In this document: piece after piece, positions 42,808-52,421 of the stretch
Layout: each line of letters begins with the position of its first letter
Numbering within the stretch: position 1 is the stretch's first letter
Source of the DNA: Thermoanaerobaculia bacterium
GTDB lineage: Bacteria > Acidobacteriota > Thermoanaerobaculia > Multivoradales > DATKCC01
Assembly (NCBI GenBank): GCA_033762835.1
Contig: JANRLG010000189.1
Location: 12,185-76,184 of the forward strand
Reading direction: 5' to 3'
DNA: 64,000 nucleotides
The notes under the pieces: model-generated
Databases searched by the model: none
Seen by the model: only the letters and a program-made list of their open reading frames with translations
What the model was told of the DNA's origin: nothing
Position numbers and translations under genes: made by a program

Positions 42808-43926
42808 ATGAACGACCCTCGCGACCTACTGCTCACCCTCAATGCCGCCCGCGGGATCGCCCGCGCCGCGGCCTGCCGCTTGGCCTTGGAGCTCGACCGC
42901 TGGTGGCCGCCGGAACGACCCGACGACGAGGCGGCGGCGGAAATCGGTGTGCCTCGACCCGCCTTGCGCCAAGCGCGGGCACTCGCCTGCAAGGCGCGGG
43001 CCTTCGCAGCAGCGGAGCGCGAAAAGGCCGCGGTTCTGGGTGCCCGAGTCATCACCCGGCTCGATCCGGACTATCCGCGCGCCGCGCTCGCGCCGCTCGA
43101 CCTGCCGCCACCGGTGCTGTTCGTGCTCGGTCGCCTACCGGCCCCGGAGCAACCCGCTGCGGCCCTCGTGGGCTCCCGATTGGCCGATCTTTACGGCCGT
43201 GAGGTGGCGACCTTGCTGGGCCGGGAGCTCGCCGCCGCGGGGGTCGTCGTGGTCTCGGGCTTCGCCGTCGGGATCGATGCCGCGGCCCACCGCGGGGCTC
43301 TGTCCGACACGGGGATCGTCCCTCCCGGGGGACCACCGGTGACCCTCGGGGTGCTCGGTTCTGGGCTCGGTACCGACTACCCGAGAGGACACCGGGAGCT
43401 GGGCGCGGCGATCGCCCGTCGCGGCGGCTTGCTCTCCGAGTTCCCGTGCGGAGCGCAACCCCGGCCCTGGCGGTTTCCGGTGCGCAATCGGCTGATCGCC
43501 GCTCTCTCCCAGGCCACCGTGGTGGTGCGCGCTACTCCTCGCTCGGGTTCGCTGGTGACGGCGCGCCTGGCGCTCGAAATCGGCCGCGAGGTGCTGGCCG
43601 TACCGGGGCGCATCTTCGACGATCTGTCGAAGGGCCCCAACGACTTGATCGCCGACGGCGCGCGGCCGGTGCTCGCCTCCCGCGACGTCCTCGAGGCCCT
43701 CGGTCTCTCCCTGGTGGCCAAGGCGCCGCCACCCGAGCCCGCCCTCGAGGGCCTCGTCGGCCGGCTCTTTCGTCGTCTACCGGTGGCTGATCCGGTGACC
43801 GCCGAGGACTTGGCGGGAGAGCTCGGGGAACCGGTGGAAACCGTCCTCGGAGCGCTCCTCGAACTGGAGCTCTTGGGGCGGGTCCGCCGCCAGCCGGGCA
43901 TGGCCTACTCCCGGGGTGTGGCATGA
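42808..43926 (+). CDS. dprA: DNA-processing protein DprA
   Basis: VGSR, VVSGFAVGIDAAAHRGAL, FPVRNRLIAAL, SGSLVTA, AVPG. Confidence 0.95.
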   Translation: MNDPRDLLLTLNAARGIARAAACRLALELDRWWPPERPDDEAAAEIGVPRPALRQARALACKARAFAAAEREKAAVLGARVITRLDPDYPRAALAPLDLPPPVLFVLGRLPAPEQPAAALVGSRLADLYGREVATLLGRELAAAGVVVVSGFAVGIDAAAHRGALSDTGIVPPGGPPVTLGVLGSGLGTDYPRGHRELGAAIARRGGLLSEFPCGAQPRPWRFPVRNRLIAALSQATVVVRATPRSGSLVTARLALEIGREVLAVPGRIFDDLSKGPNDLIADGARPVLASRDVLEALGLSLVAKAPPPEPALEGLVGRLFRRLPVADPVTAEDLAGELGEPVETVLGALLELELLGRVRRQPGMAYSRGVA

Positions 43927-44030
43927 GGTGGCTTGCTTCCGCCAAGAACCCGATGCTACGGTCTCGCGGACCAAGCCCCCCGAGGGAGCCGTGGAATAAC
44001 TCCCTACCCTCTGGCGCTTCACAGGAGACC

Positions 44031-46364
44031 GTGAGCAAGCACCTGATCATCGTCGAGAGTCCGGCCAAGACCCGCACCTTGAAAAAGTTCCTCGGCCGCA
44101 ACTACCAGGTCGAGGCGTCCATGGGCCACATCCGGGACCTGGTCAAGAAGGACCTCGGCATCAGCGCCAACTACGATCCCCATTACGAGGTCCTGCCGGC
44201 CAAGCGGGACGTCGTCAAGAAGCTGCGGCAGGCCGCCGACAAAGCCGACATCATCTATCTGGCCCCCGATCCGGATCGCGAAGGGGAAGCCATCGCCTGG
44301 CACATCGCCGAGGTGCTCGACAAAACCGGCACCAAGACGGTCCAGCGAGTGACGTTCAACGAGATCACCAAGCGCGCCGTGTTGGCCGCGCTCGACAATC
44401 CCCGCGAGATCGACGACAAGAAGGTCGACGCCCAGCAGACGCGCCGTTTGCTCGACCGCCTGATGGGTTTCCGCCTGTCACCGCTGCTGTGGCAGAAGAT
44501 CAAGCAAGGCCTGTCCGCCGGTCGCGTGCAGTCCGTGGCCCTGAAGATGGTCTGCGACCGTCAAGGCGAGATCGACGCTTTCATTTCCGAGGAGTACTGG
44601 AATCTCGGCGTCGACCTCGCGGCCAATGCTCCGCCGCCCTTCAGCGCCCGGCTCGCGACGATCGCCGGCAAGAAAGCCAAGGTCGACAACGGTGAGGACG
44701 CGGCCAAGATTGTCGCCGATCTCAAGGCCGGTACCTTCACCGTCGCAGGGGTCGAACGCAAGGAGGCGAAACAGCGCCCCGGCCCGCCGTTCATCACCAG
44801 TCGCCTGCAACAAGAGGCGGCGCGGCGGTTCGGCTTCCAGGTCAAGCGCACCATGTCGATCGCCCAGGGTCTCTACGAAGGCCGGGAGATTGGCGACCGC
44901 GGGCAGATCGGTCTCATCACTTACATGCGTACCGACTCGACCCGGGTGGCGGACGAGGCCCTGCTCGCCGTCCGCGAGACCATCCGCGCCACCTACGGCG
45001 CCGAGGCGCTGCCCCCCGAGCCGATCCACTACCGCTCGAAAAAGAGCGCCCAGGATGCCCACGAGGCCATCCGTCCGACCACCTTCGACTTGCCCCCGGA
45101 GGCCGTGCGGGCGTTTCTGAAGCCCGAGGAGTTCAAGCTCTACAAGCTGATCTGGGATCGCTTCCTGGCCTCTCAGATGTTGCCGGCCGTCTTCGACGTC
45201 ACCCAGGTGGAGATCACCTGCGGTCGCCTGGGATTGAAAGCCGAAGGCCGTGTGCTCAAGAGTTCTGGCTTCCTGGCGGTCTACGAGGAAACCCCGGACG
45301 AAGACGCCAAAGAGGCCGAGGGCAGCCCCGCCGGGTTGTTGCCGGCCGTGACCGAGGGCGACGTGCTGAAACTGCTCGAAGTCAAGAGCGAGCAGAAGTT
45401 CACCCAGCCGCCGCCCCAGTACAGCGAAGCGACGCTGGTCAAGGCGCTCGAAGAAAACGGCATCGGCCGGCCTTCGACCTACGCTCAGATTCTCGCGACG
45501 CTGACCGACCGCAGCTACGTCGACCGTGTCGAGAAGCGGTTCAAGCCCACGGCCCTGGGTCTGCTGGTCAACCGCATGCTCCAGGGCAGCTTCCACGAGA
45601 TCTTGAACGAGGGTTACACGGCCTCCCTAGAGCTGCAACTCGACGAGATCGAAGAAGGCCGGGTGGATTGGAAGCAGGCCCTGTCGTCCTTCGACGAGAA
45701 GTTGCGCCGAGACCTCGAGACTGCCGGGAAGGAGATGCCGAACGTCAAACGCGAAGGCGTGCCGACGGACGAAATCTGCCCGCAGTGCGGTAAGCCGCTC
45801 CTGATGCGCTTTGGGCGCTTTGGCACCTTCCTCGGCTGCTCGAACTACCCGGAGTGCAACTACACCAAGAACCCGGAGGACGAGGAGGCCCCCGCGACGG
45901 AGGCCGCGGAAGGCACCGAGGCCGCCGAGATCCCCCCGTGCGAGTTGTGCGGTTCGCCTATGGCCCTGCGCCGCAGTCGCTTCGGCACGTTCTACGGCTG
46001 CACGGACTATCCGAAGTGCAAGAACATCCGCAAGACCGTGGCCGAGCAGAAGAAAGCCGAGCCGAAGGTGACCGGGGTGACCTGCCCGGAGTGTGGCCAA
46101 GGCGAATTGCTCGAGAAGCGCTCGCGGCGCGGCAAGATCTTCTATTCGTGCAGCCGTTTCCCGACTTGCAAGTTCGCCCTGTGGGATCGGCCCGTGGCCG
46201 AGGAGTGCCCGCAATGTGGTTCCCCCTACCTGACCGAGAAGATCACCAAGAGGAACGGTCACCAGAAGATCTGCCCGAACGAGGGGTGCGACTACAAGGT
46301 GACCCTGGAAGCAAGCCCGGAGTCCGGGGCCGACGCCCCAGCGTCCGAGGGACCGCCCAACTGA
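44031..46364 (+). CDS. topA: DNA topoisomerase I
   Basis: IVESPAK, DPDREGE, SAGRVQS, ITYMRTDS, C-terminal Zn ribbons; GTG start. Confidence 0.97.
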   Translation: MSKHLIIVESPAKTRTLKKFLGRNYQVEASMGHIRDLVKKDLGISANYDPHYEVLPAKRDVVKKLRQAADKADIIYLAPDPDREGEAIAWHIAEVLDKTGTKTVQRVTFNEITKRAVLAALDNPREIDDKKVDAQQTRRLLDRLMGFRLSPLLWQKIKQGLSAGRVQSVALKMVCDRQGEIDAFISEEYWNLGVDLAANAPPPFSARLATIAGKKAKVDNGEDAAKIVADLKAGTFTVAGVERKEAKQRPGPPFITSRLQQEAARRFGFQVKRTMSIAQGLYEGREIGDRGQIGLITYMRTDSTRVADEALLAVRETIRATYGAEALPPEPIHYRSKKSAQDAHEAIRPTTFDLPPEAVRAFLKPEEFKLYKLIWDRFLASQMLPAVFDVTQVEITCGRLGLKAEGRVLKSSGFLAVYEETPDEDAKEAEGSPAGLLPAVTEGDVLKLLEVKSEQKFTQPPPQYSEATLVKALEENGIGRPSTYAQILATLTDRSYVDRVEKRFKPTALGLLVNRMLQGSFHEILNEGYTASLELQLDEIEEGRVDWKQALSSFDEKLRRDLETAGKEMPNVKREGVPTDEICPQCGKPLLMRFGRFGTFLGCSNYPECNYTKNPEDEEAPATEAAEGTEAAEIPPCELCGSPMALRRSRFGTFYGCTDYPKCKNIRKTVAEQKKAEPKVTGVTCPECGQGELLEKRSRRGKIFYSCSRFPTCKFALWDRPVAEECPQCGSPYLTEKITKRNGHQKICPNEGCDYKVTLEASPESGADAPASEGPPN

Positions 46365-47464
46365 CCCGGCGGAGGGCCGCGACCAGCGTCGCGGCCCTCG
46401 TCCTTCTGGTTTCGGCGGGCTGCTTCGAAGAGCCGATCCGCGAGGATCTGACGCTCACCTTCGCGCCCGGCGACCGGGTGACGTTGACCCTCGAAACGCG
46501 GTTGTCGGACCCCAGCCGGGAGGAATCCACGGCCGCGGTGCGCGCCCGTCTCGACGAGGAACGGCTCCGGCTGCAAAGCGGCGACGACGACTGGACGGCC
46601 CGCTTCGGTGAGCTCGCAGCGAGTCGTGACTGGGTCACCCACGGGCGTACGGACGGCGTGCTGACGGCAGTCGACCGGCGGGCCGAGCTCGACCTCGGGC
46701 GCGACCCGGAGGCGCTGCGACGGTTCTTCGGAGACACGCTGGTGGCGGCGACCTGGCGGACCACGGCCGAGGGTCGCGAGTTGTTCCTCGAACCCCTGCC
46801 GGCAGGCCGCGCCACCTACCGCGAGCGCCAGCGGCTGACGCGCCGGCTCGAGAGCTGGAGCGCCGCCCTAGCGAGCTACTTCACGACCGCGGGCGAGCTC
46901 TACCAGTACCTCGAGGTGAACCCCGAGCGGCGCCGGCCGGTGTTCGGCGTGATCCTCGAAGACGCCTTGGTCGAAGCCGACCGGGGCGATGAGGAGAGTC
47001 TGCTCGCGGCCGAAAGAACTCTGGTCGACGCCCTCGGCGACGCCATGGGAGAGGTTCTCGAGGTGCTCGCGGTGGAGCCCGGCGAGGCCTACTCGATGAA
47101 CGAGATCTCCCGGTTGGTCTTCGACCCGTTTCCGGCCCGCGTCCGCATCGAGTTACCGGCGGCCCCGACGGCCGTCGAAGGATTCGTGGCGGCAGGCTCG
47201 GAGCGCGCCTGGCAAGTTCCCGAGGTGTCGTTGTGGAGCGCCCTCGAAGCCCTCGCGACCGAGCGACTTTCGCCCGATCCCCTGGCCCTGCTGGTCGCCT
47301 CCGAAGTCGGCCTGCTCGGACGCACCGAACCCGCGCCGCTGCTGAGCCTCGATGCCGTGGCCGACGGCGAGCTGAAGTACCCGGTCGATGCCGATGCCAC
47401 GGAGCTGCGCCGCGAGTTGGAGGCGCAGTTGGCGGCGGCGCCGGTGTACCGGCTGGCCTGGTGA
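46361..47464 (+). CDS. Hypothetical lipoprotein (apparent CTG start)
   Basis: RRR n-region, hydrophobic core, lipobox SAGC; CTGA overlap with the topA stop. Confidence 0.65.
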   Translation: MTRRRAATSVAALVLLVSAGCFEEPIREDLTLTFAPGDRVTLTLETRLSDPSREESTAAVRARLDEERLRLQSGDDDWTARFGELAASRDWVTHGRTDGVLTAVDRRAELDLGRDPEALRRFFGDTLVAATWRTTAEGRELFLEPLPAGRATYRERQRLTRRLESWSAALASYFTTAGELYQYLEVNPERRRPVFGVILEDALVEADRGDEESLLAAERTLVDALGDAMGEVLEVLAVEPGEAYSMNEISRLVFDPFPARVRIELPAAPTAVEGFVAAGSERAWQVPEVSLWSALEALATERLSPDPLALLVASEVGLLGRTEPAPLLSLDAVADGELKYPVDADATELRRELEAQLAAAPVYRLAW

Positions 47465-47467
47465 GGG

Positions 47468-47547
47468 TCGGTCGAACGGAAGTTCGGCCGCTACCTCAAG
47501 AAAAGCAATGACTTCCGGGGGTAGCGGCCGGCCTTTAGGCCGGCCGA
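47468..47547. repeat. REP/BIME-like inverted palindrome doublet, copy 2
   Basis: Reverse complement aligns with 21684-21760 including the spacer; lies between convergent genes. Confidence 0.8.
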
Positions 47548-47562
47548 TCTGCGGCTTCAGAC

Positions 47563-48906
47563 CTACTGCCGGCCACTGACCACCGCCATCGACTCATCCA
47601 GCGCCGCCAAGAAGCGGTCGAGCTGGTCGTACCCGATCGTCAACGGCGGCTCGACTCGCAGGGTACGGGCGTTGATGTAGGTACCGCCGATCAGGATCTG
47701 ACGCGCGAAGAGTTCCTTCGCCACCTCGTAACCCTTCTCGTTGTCGCTGAACTCGAGGCCGAGCATGAGGCCGCGGCCGCGCCATTCGACGAGAAGGTCC
47801 GGGTACTTGGCGCCCAGTTCGGCGAATTTGCCCAGCAGGTACTCGCCCTTTTCGCCCGCCTGGCGCGGCAGGTCTTCCTCGAGCAGCACGTTGAGGGTGG
47901 CGATGGCGGCAGCGCAGGCCACCGGGTTGCCGCCGAAGGTGGTGGTGTGGAGGAACGGGTTCTCGATGTAGCGCTCCCAGGTCTTGGGCGTGCCGACGAC
48001 CGCGCCGATGGGCATGACACCGCCGCCGAAGCCCTTGCCCAGCGCCATCAAGTCCGGCGTCACGCCGTCGTGTTCGCAGGCGAACATCTTGCCGCTCCGG
48101 CCCATGCCGCTCTGGATTTCGTCGAAGACCAGCATCGCACCGTAGCGGTCGCACAGCTCGCGCGCCGCCGCCAGGTAACCCGGCGGGGCGACGTTGATGC
48201 CACCTTCGCCCTGGATCGGCTCGATCACCACCGCGGCCACGCGGTCGCCGGTGAAGTCGAAGGTCTTCATCATCTTGGCGAGCACGTCGGTGTCGCCCCA
48301 CGGCAGGTGGGTCCAGCGCAGCAGCGGCAGGAAGGGCTCGCGGAAGACCGCCTTGGAAGTGCCGCCCAAGGAACCGAGGCTCTTGCCGTGGAAGGCCCCC
48401 ACGGTGCCGATCAGGTGGTGCCGACCGGTCGCCAGCATGGCCATTTTGAGGCACCCTTCGATGGACTCGGTGCCCGAGTTCGAGAAGAAGGCGTAAGTGA
48501 GATCCCCGGGAGTGATCAGCGACAGCAGGTGGGCGAGGTAGGTGCGCAGGGGGTCGATCAGCTCCTGGGAGTGGATCGCCTGGCGGTCGAGCTGCTCGCG
48601 CACCGCCTTCATGACCTTGGGGTGGCGATGGCCTACGACGTAGATGCCGTAGCCGCCCAGGATGTCGATGTACTCCCGGCCGTTGATGTCGCGGAAGACT
48701 GCGCCCTCGTCTTCCCATTCGACCGCCGTGTAGTCGGTAGAGACCGATTTGCGGTATTGCAGGAAGCCCTCGTTGACGTGGTCGGTCCAGTAGCGGACGG
48801 ACTCCTCGACGACTCGCGCCCGCTCGTCCGGCGAAAGTTCTTTCTTGCCGATCAAATCGAGGACATAGGCGGATTTGCGCGCCGCCGCGGCGAGGTCTTG
48901 GGCCAT
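47563..48906 (-). CDS. patA: Putrescine aminotransferase (class III PLP)
   Basis: HVNEGFLQYRKSV, GGYGIY.VGHRHP, HSQEL.DPLR, FDEIQSGMGRSGK, GKGFGGG, ENPFLHTTTFGGNP. Confidence 0.88.
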   Translation of the reverse strand: MAQDLAAAARKSAYVLDLIGKKELSPDERARVVEESVRYWTDHVNEGFLQYRKSVSTDYTAVEWEDEGAVFRDINGREYIDILGGYGIYVVGHRHPKVMKAVREQLDRQAIHSQELIDPLRTYLAHLLSLITPGDLTYAFFSNSGTESIEGCLKMAMLATGRHHLIGTVGAFHGKSLGSLGGTSKAVFREPFLPLLRWTHLPWGDTDVLAKMMKTFDFTGDRVAAVVIEPIQGEGGINVAPPGYLAAARELCDRYGAMLVFDEIQSGMGRSGKMFACEHDGVTPDLMALGKGFGGGVMPIGAVVGTPKTWERYIENPFLHTTTFGGNPVACAAAIATLNVLLEEDLPRQAGEKGEYLLGKFAELGAKYPDLLVEWRGRGLMLGLEFSDNEKGYEVAKELFARQILIGGTYINARTLRVEPPLTIGYDQLDRFLAALDESMAVVSGRQ

Positions 48907-48966
48907 GATCTTCCTCCGGAATCGTTGGCCCGACTCTATCGCGGCGCGGGGGCCGATCCGCGCGGC

Positions 48967-51483
48967 TCAGGCGCTCCGGCGGCGATTCCACGCCGCGGCG
49001 CCCGCGGCCAGCAAAGCGAGTCCCGCTCCCGAGCCCCGCGGGGGGAATCGCCGCGGAAAGGGCGTCAGCTCGCCGTCGCCGAGCACCACGACCCCCGCCC
49101 AGGCTTCCGCCGGGTATCCCGCTGCGAGCAGCTCGGCGCGCACGGCGCGGGCCGCCGTCGAGACCCCGCGGCCCTGGGCGAGCTGGCGGTAGAAGCGGGT
49201 GAAAAACGCCCGGGCATCGTCGTCGCGCAGAGGCCACAGGCTGGCGACGACGGTGCGCGTCCGCCGGCCCTCGAAGAAGGCCCGTGCGAGGCTCAAGACC
49301 CCTTCGCCGCGCAGGACAACGCCGGCGGCACTTTCGCAGGAGGACAACACGACGAGCTGGCCGGCGACCGGCAGGCCCGTGATCTCCCCGAGTTCGAGCC
49401 GGCCGTCGGCGGTTTCCCCGCCGCCCAGGTAGATGGCCGAGCGCTCGGCGTCGTCTTCATCAACGACGGCGTGGGTGCCGAAGTGGAGGACGCCCGCGAG
49501 CTGCCGCGGCTGGCCGAGCAAGATCGCCTCCGCTGCCGACTCGCCGAGGTCGAGCCGGCTGCCCGCCCCCAGGATACCGGCGATCTCCCGGCCCTCCCGG
49601 CGCGCGTGGGGCAGGGGCCGCAGGATCTGGCCGCCCGGCCCCGCGGGCAACGGCGCCGGGTCCGCCACGATCCACCCCGGCCGGTCCGGGTGCTCCGCGG
49701 CAGCCTGCCGCCAGCGCTGCCAGAGTGTCGCCGAGGGTACCCGGGTGACCGCGAAACGCTCGCCCAAGGGCGGCGCCTCGGCCCGTTCCCGCAGCAGCTC
49801 GAAGGGCAGCTTGTGCAACACGTCGTCGGGCACCAGCACCAGCCGACGAACCGTTCCCGGCAGCTCGGCCAAAGCCGGCCCCAGCAAGTCCCCATAAAGC
49901 GCCACCGCCGTCTCTTCCTCCCGCCCATCCCGCCCCGTCGTCAACCCCACGAACGTCCCTATCGCCTGCCGCCAGAACGTGCGATCCCGCTCCAGCCGGT
50001 GGACTTTCACCCCCTCCCGCGTGACCACCAAGAGCCAGCTGCCACCCCCGAAATCCCCGGACCAATCCACCCAAGGTGCGATCTGGTAGGAGAGCAAAGC
50101 CTCGTCCGGCGCCAAGGCAGCGCGGACCTCGTCGAGGGTCGCGAAGTCGTCGGCCGTGGGAGCGGAGGTCGACAGCTGATCGAGCAGCGAGCGGGCGCGC
50201 ATGCGCTCGGTGACCTGGAAGGCGGTACCAACAGAATCGCTCGTTTCCTTTGCCGCCGAGGCCATGTCCAGGTGCCGGCCGGACAGCCAGAGATAGTCGT
50301 CAACCCAAGTGGAGAAGAGCTCCGCTCTGCGATTTCGCTCTTTCTGACCCTTTCGGAGCTGTTCGATCTCGCTCAGGGCTTGACTCGCCTGCTCGCTGCG
50401 CTGGCTCGATGGCGAATACTCCCACGAAGCCCTCATCAGCTCCCTCAGTGCGTTAGTCTCCGTCAGAGCGTCCCCTATTCCACGGGCAAGCCTGACTGCC
50501 TCTTGAGCTGTGGCAAAGGCCGCATCCGGTCGAGTTCGGCCGAGTACCCGCGCCAAGCCACTCAGGCAAAAGGACCGAGTTCTGTCATCTGGCGCTGCGT
50601 CGAGACATGCCTCGAAGTGGCGTTCGGCAGTTTGGCCCGCTGAGAGGGCCGCCAGTATCCAAAGGGAGTAGGCTTTGCTCTGGTCCTGAGAGTTCAGTCT
50701 GGCCGTGGCTTCGACTGCTTGCACGGCGACCTCGCGCACAGATTCACGATCGACTTCGACCGTATTTAGCATCCACTTGTCAAATGCAGATCTGGCAATT
50801 CCGTATCTTGCCATCGCTGTCTCGCCAGGCGTCCTGGCCGACTGAAGTGCTTCGCGAAAAACAGCGCCAGCTTCATCGAAGCGTCCAAATTCCAGGAGGG
50901 CGTGGCCCTGGTAACGCAACACCTCGAGCCACCCAGCGGTTTTCTCCACCCCCACGATATTTCGAATGGCATGGATGGCGACGAGTTCGAAATCCAGTGC
51001 TCCGGTGTATTCTGCTGTCATAAGCAGGTCGATGAATTCTTTCAGGCGCGGGAGTGGCTGCGTCTTCTGAACCGCCGCATCCACTGCCTGGGACAGCTGG
51101 TCTTCGGCCGCGCTTCTTCGATCTAACTTCAGGTAGAGTCGAGAAGCATTGAAACCGGCTAGAACATCGCCCCACCCCGGCTCGCTGCTGAGTTCGAAAA
51201 GTCTCGCTGCCTCAATAAACAGCTGACTGGACTTCTCGAACTCTTCTCGCTCCTCAAACGACTGGCCTTCGAGGTAGGCAAGGCGCGGATCGGCTGGGTA
51301 GCGGTCGCGGACGGCCACCAGCAGCGAAGGAAGAGCTGGGTCGGCGAGGTGTCGGTAAACACAAGAGAGCGCAGCGCTTCCTAGGGAAGGTTCGTAGGCT
51401 GCCAAACAGCTCTCGACTTCCAAGGCCGCCCCAGCTGTGGTGCCGCTGAGTATCAGGATGACTGCTAAGCAGAGACGGTTCAC
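48967..51483 (-). CDS. Exported TPR-like + CHAT (caspase-like) protease
   Basis: Signal peptide; ERMRARSLLD, LVPDDVLHKLPFE, HFGTHA (His), LSSCESA (Cys), VASLW, WAGVV; hydrophobic tail + RRR. Confidence 0.9.
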   Translation of the reverse strand: MNRLCLAVILILSGTTAGAALEVESCLAAYEPSLGSAALSCVYRHLADPALPSLLVAVRDRYPADPRLAYLEGQSFEEREEFEKSSQLFIEAARLFELSSEPGWGDVLAGFNASRLYLKLDRRSAAEDQLSQAVDAAVQKTQPLPRLKEFIDLLMTAEYTGALDFELVAIHAIRNIVGVEKTAGWLEVLRYQGHALLEFGRFDEAGAVFREALQSARTPGETAMARYGIARSAFDKWMLNTVEVDRESVREVAVQAVEATARLNSQDQSKAYSLWILAALSAGQTAERHFEACLDAAPDDRTRSFCLSGLARVLGRTRPDAAFATAQEAVRLARGIGDALTETNALRELMRASWEYSPSSQRSEQASQALSEIEQLRKGQKERNRRAELFSTWVDDYLWLSGRHLDMASAAKETSDSVGTAFQVTERMRARSLLDQLSTSAPTADDFATLDEVRAALAPDEALLSYQIAPWVDWSGDFGGGSWLLVVTREGVKVHRLERDRTFWRQAIGTFVGLTTGRDGREEETAVALYGDLLGPALAELPGTVRRLVLVPDDVLHKLPFELLRERAEAPPLGERFAVTRVPSATLWQRWRQAAAEHPDRPGWIVADPAPLPAGPGGQILRPLPHARREGREIAGILGAGSRLDLGESAAEAILLGQPRQLAGVLHFGTHAVVDEDDAERSAIYLGGGETADGRLELGEITGLPVAGQLVVLSSCESAAGVVLRGEGVLSLARAFFEGRRTRTVVASLWPLRDDDARAFFTRFYRQLAQGRGVSTAARAVRAELLAAGYPAEAWAGVVVLGDGELTPFPRRFPPRGSGAGLALLAAGAAAWNRRRSA

Positions 51484-51887
51484 GGAGGTGGAATCGGGTC
51501 AACTTTGCCGGTCCCGCTACCGGTTCCTGGGGGAGAAACGCCATTCGTTTCTTCCCAGCCGAAGCCGGTGCCGATACCCGTCGAACCAGTTTGGATCTCC
51601 ACGGTCCCGGTGCTCCCGTCACCCTCCTCTCCCTCGTTGTTCCGGGGAGCATTCGCCATCAACATGGCGAAGCCTTCTTGGCCCTCCTGAGGGGGCGGCG
51701 GCGACGGGCTCTTGCCGGCCGGAAACACGAATCGTTGATGGTAACGCCTCGTCTGAAACTCAATGAAGAAGAAGTACTTACGGCTACCCCACTTGAAGAA
51801 GGGGATCTTCACCGCGGCGGGGCCGAAGTTGCCAGAAGATGTCGCGCCGGTCCCGGCGCCTTGAGACCCAGAATCTGAACTCGCCAT
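51480..51887 (-). CDS. Small Gly/Pro-rich protein translationally coupled to the CHAT gene
   Basis: GGAGG SD; GTGA overlap with the CHAT start; NGVSPP motif. Confidence 0.65.
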   Translation of the reverse strand: MASSDSGSQGAGTGATSSGNFGPAAVKIPFFKWGSRKYFFFIEFQTRRYHQRFVFPAGKSPSPPPPQEGQEGFAMLMANAPRNNEGEEGDGSTGTVEIQTGSTGIGTGFGWEETNGVSPPGTGSGTGKVDPIPPP

Positions 51888-52053
51888 ACCAAGATCCTCC
51901 CCGATTTTCGGGCAAGCCTACGACGGATCAGCCGTCGTGGCGCATCGCGCGGAAACTGCTGCGGATGCAGTCGAGGACGATGGAGAGGCTGGAAGATCCT
52001 CACAAACTAGAAAAAGACCCCGACGACTGCACTTCCCGCCAACGGCTCCCCGA

Positions 52054-52082
52054 TTGACCGTATGACCGGGTCGGCGTACTCT
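52054..52082 (+). promoter_or_regulatory. Sigma70-type promoter for the two small peptide genes
   Basis: TTGACC-17 nt-TACTCT, the same hexamers as the atp promoter. Confidence 0.6.
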
Positions 52083-52114
52083 CTGCTTCGCTTGATTCAA
52101 GAAAGGGGCACGGG

Positions 52115-52330
52115 TTGTTCAGTCTGACACTTATCCTCGCCTTGTTTTTCGGCAGCCTCGGTGCAATGCAGAAGAGTCCTCCCTCGCAAGCTCCTGGAGT
52201 TAGACTCGATGCGGCCACACAAAATGGAGTTACCCCACCGGCAGATGGACCCGGGTCCGGTCCCCCCGGCAGTACCGCATGGAGCGAGGGAGTCGCTCCT
52301 CCAGACACAGGCCACCCTGAGGACAACTGA
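52115..52330 (+). CDS. Small secreted Pro/Gly-rich peptide precursor 1 (71 aa)
   Basis: GAAAGGGG SD with TTG; signal peptide; NGVTPP and EGVAPP motifs. Confidence 0.6.
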   Translation: MFSLTLILALFFGSLGAMQKSPPSQAPGVRLDAATQNGVTPPADGPGSGPPGSTAWSEGVAPPDTGHPEDN

Positions 52331-52421
52331 GCGAATAGGAAAGCCCGTCTACGATGCGGCGTCCCACGTCCGCCGGCTTTTCCGAGGCCAGATCGGTTCA
52401 AGAACGAAAGGGGCTGCGACC

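Noticed and set aside
51918-52100. 60-aa ORF in frame with the 135-aa gene (possible readthrough fusion)
   Set aside because: It overlaps the divergent promoter region, and the 135-aa gene has its own strong SD at ATG 51887
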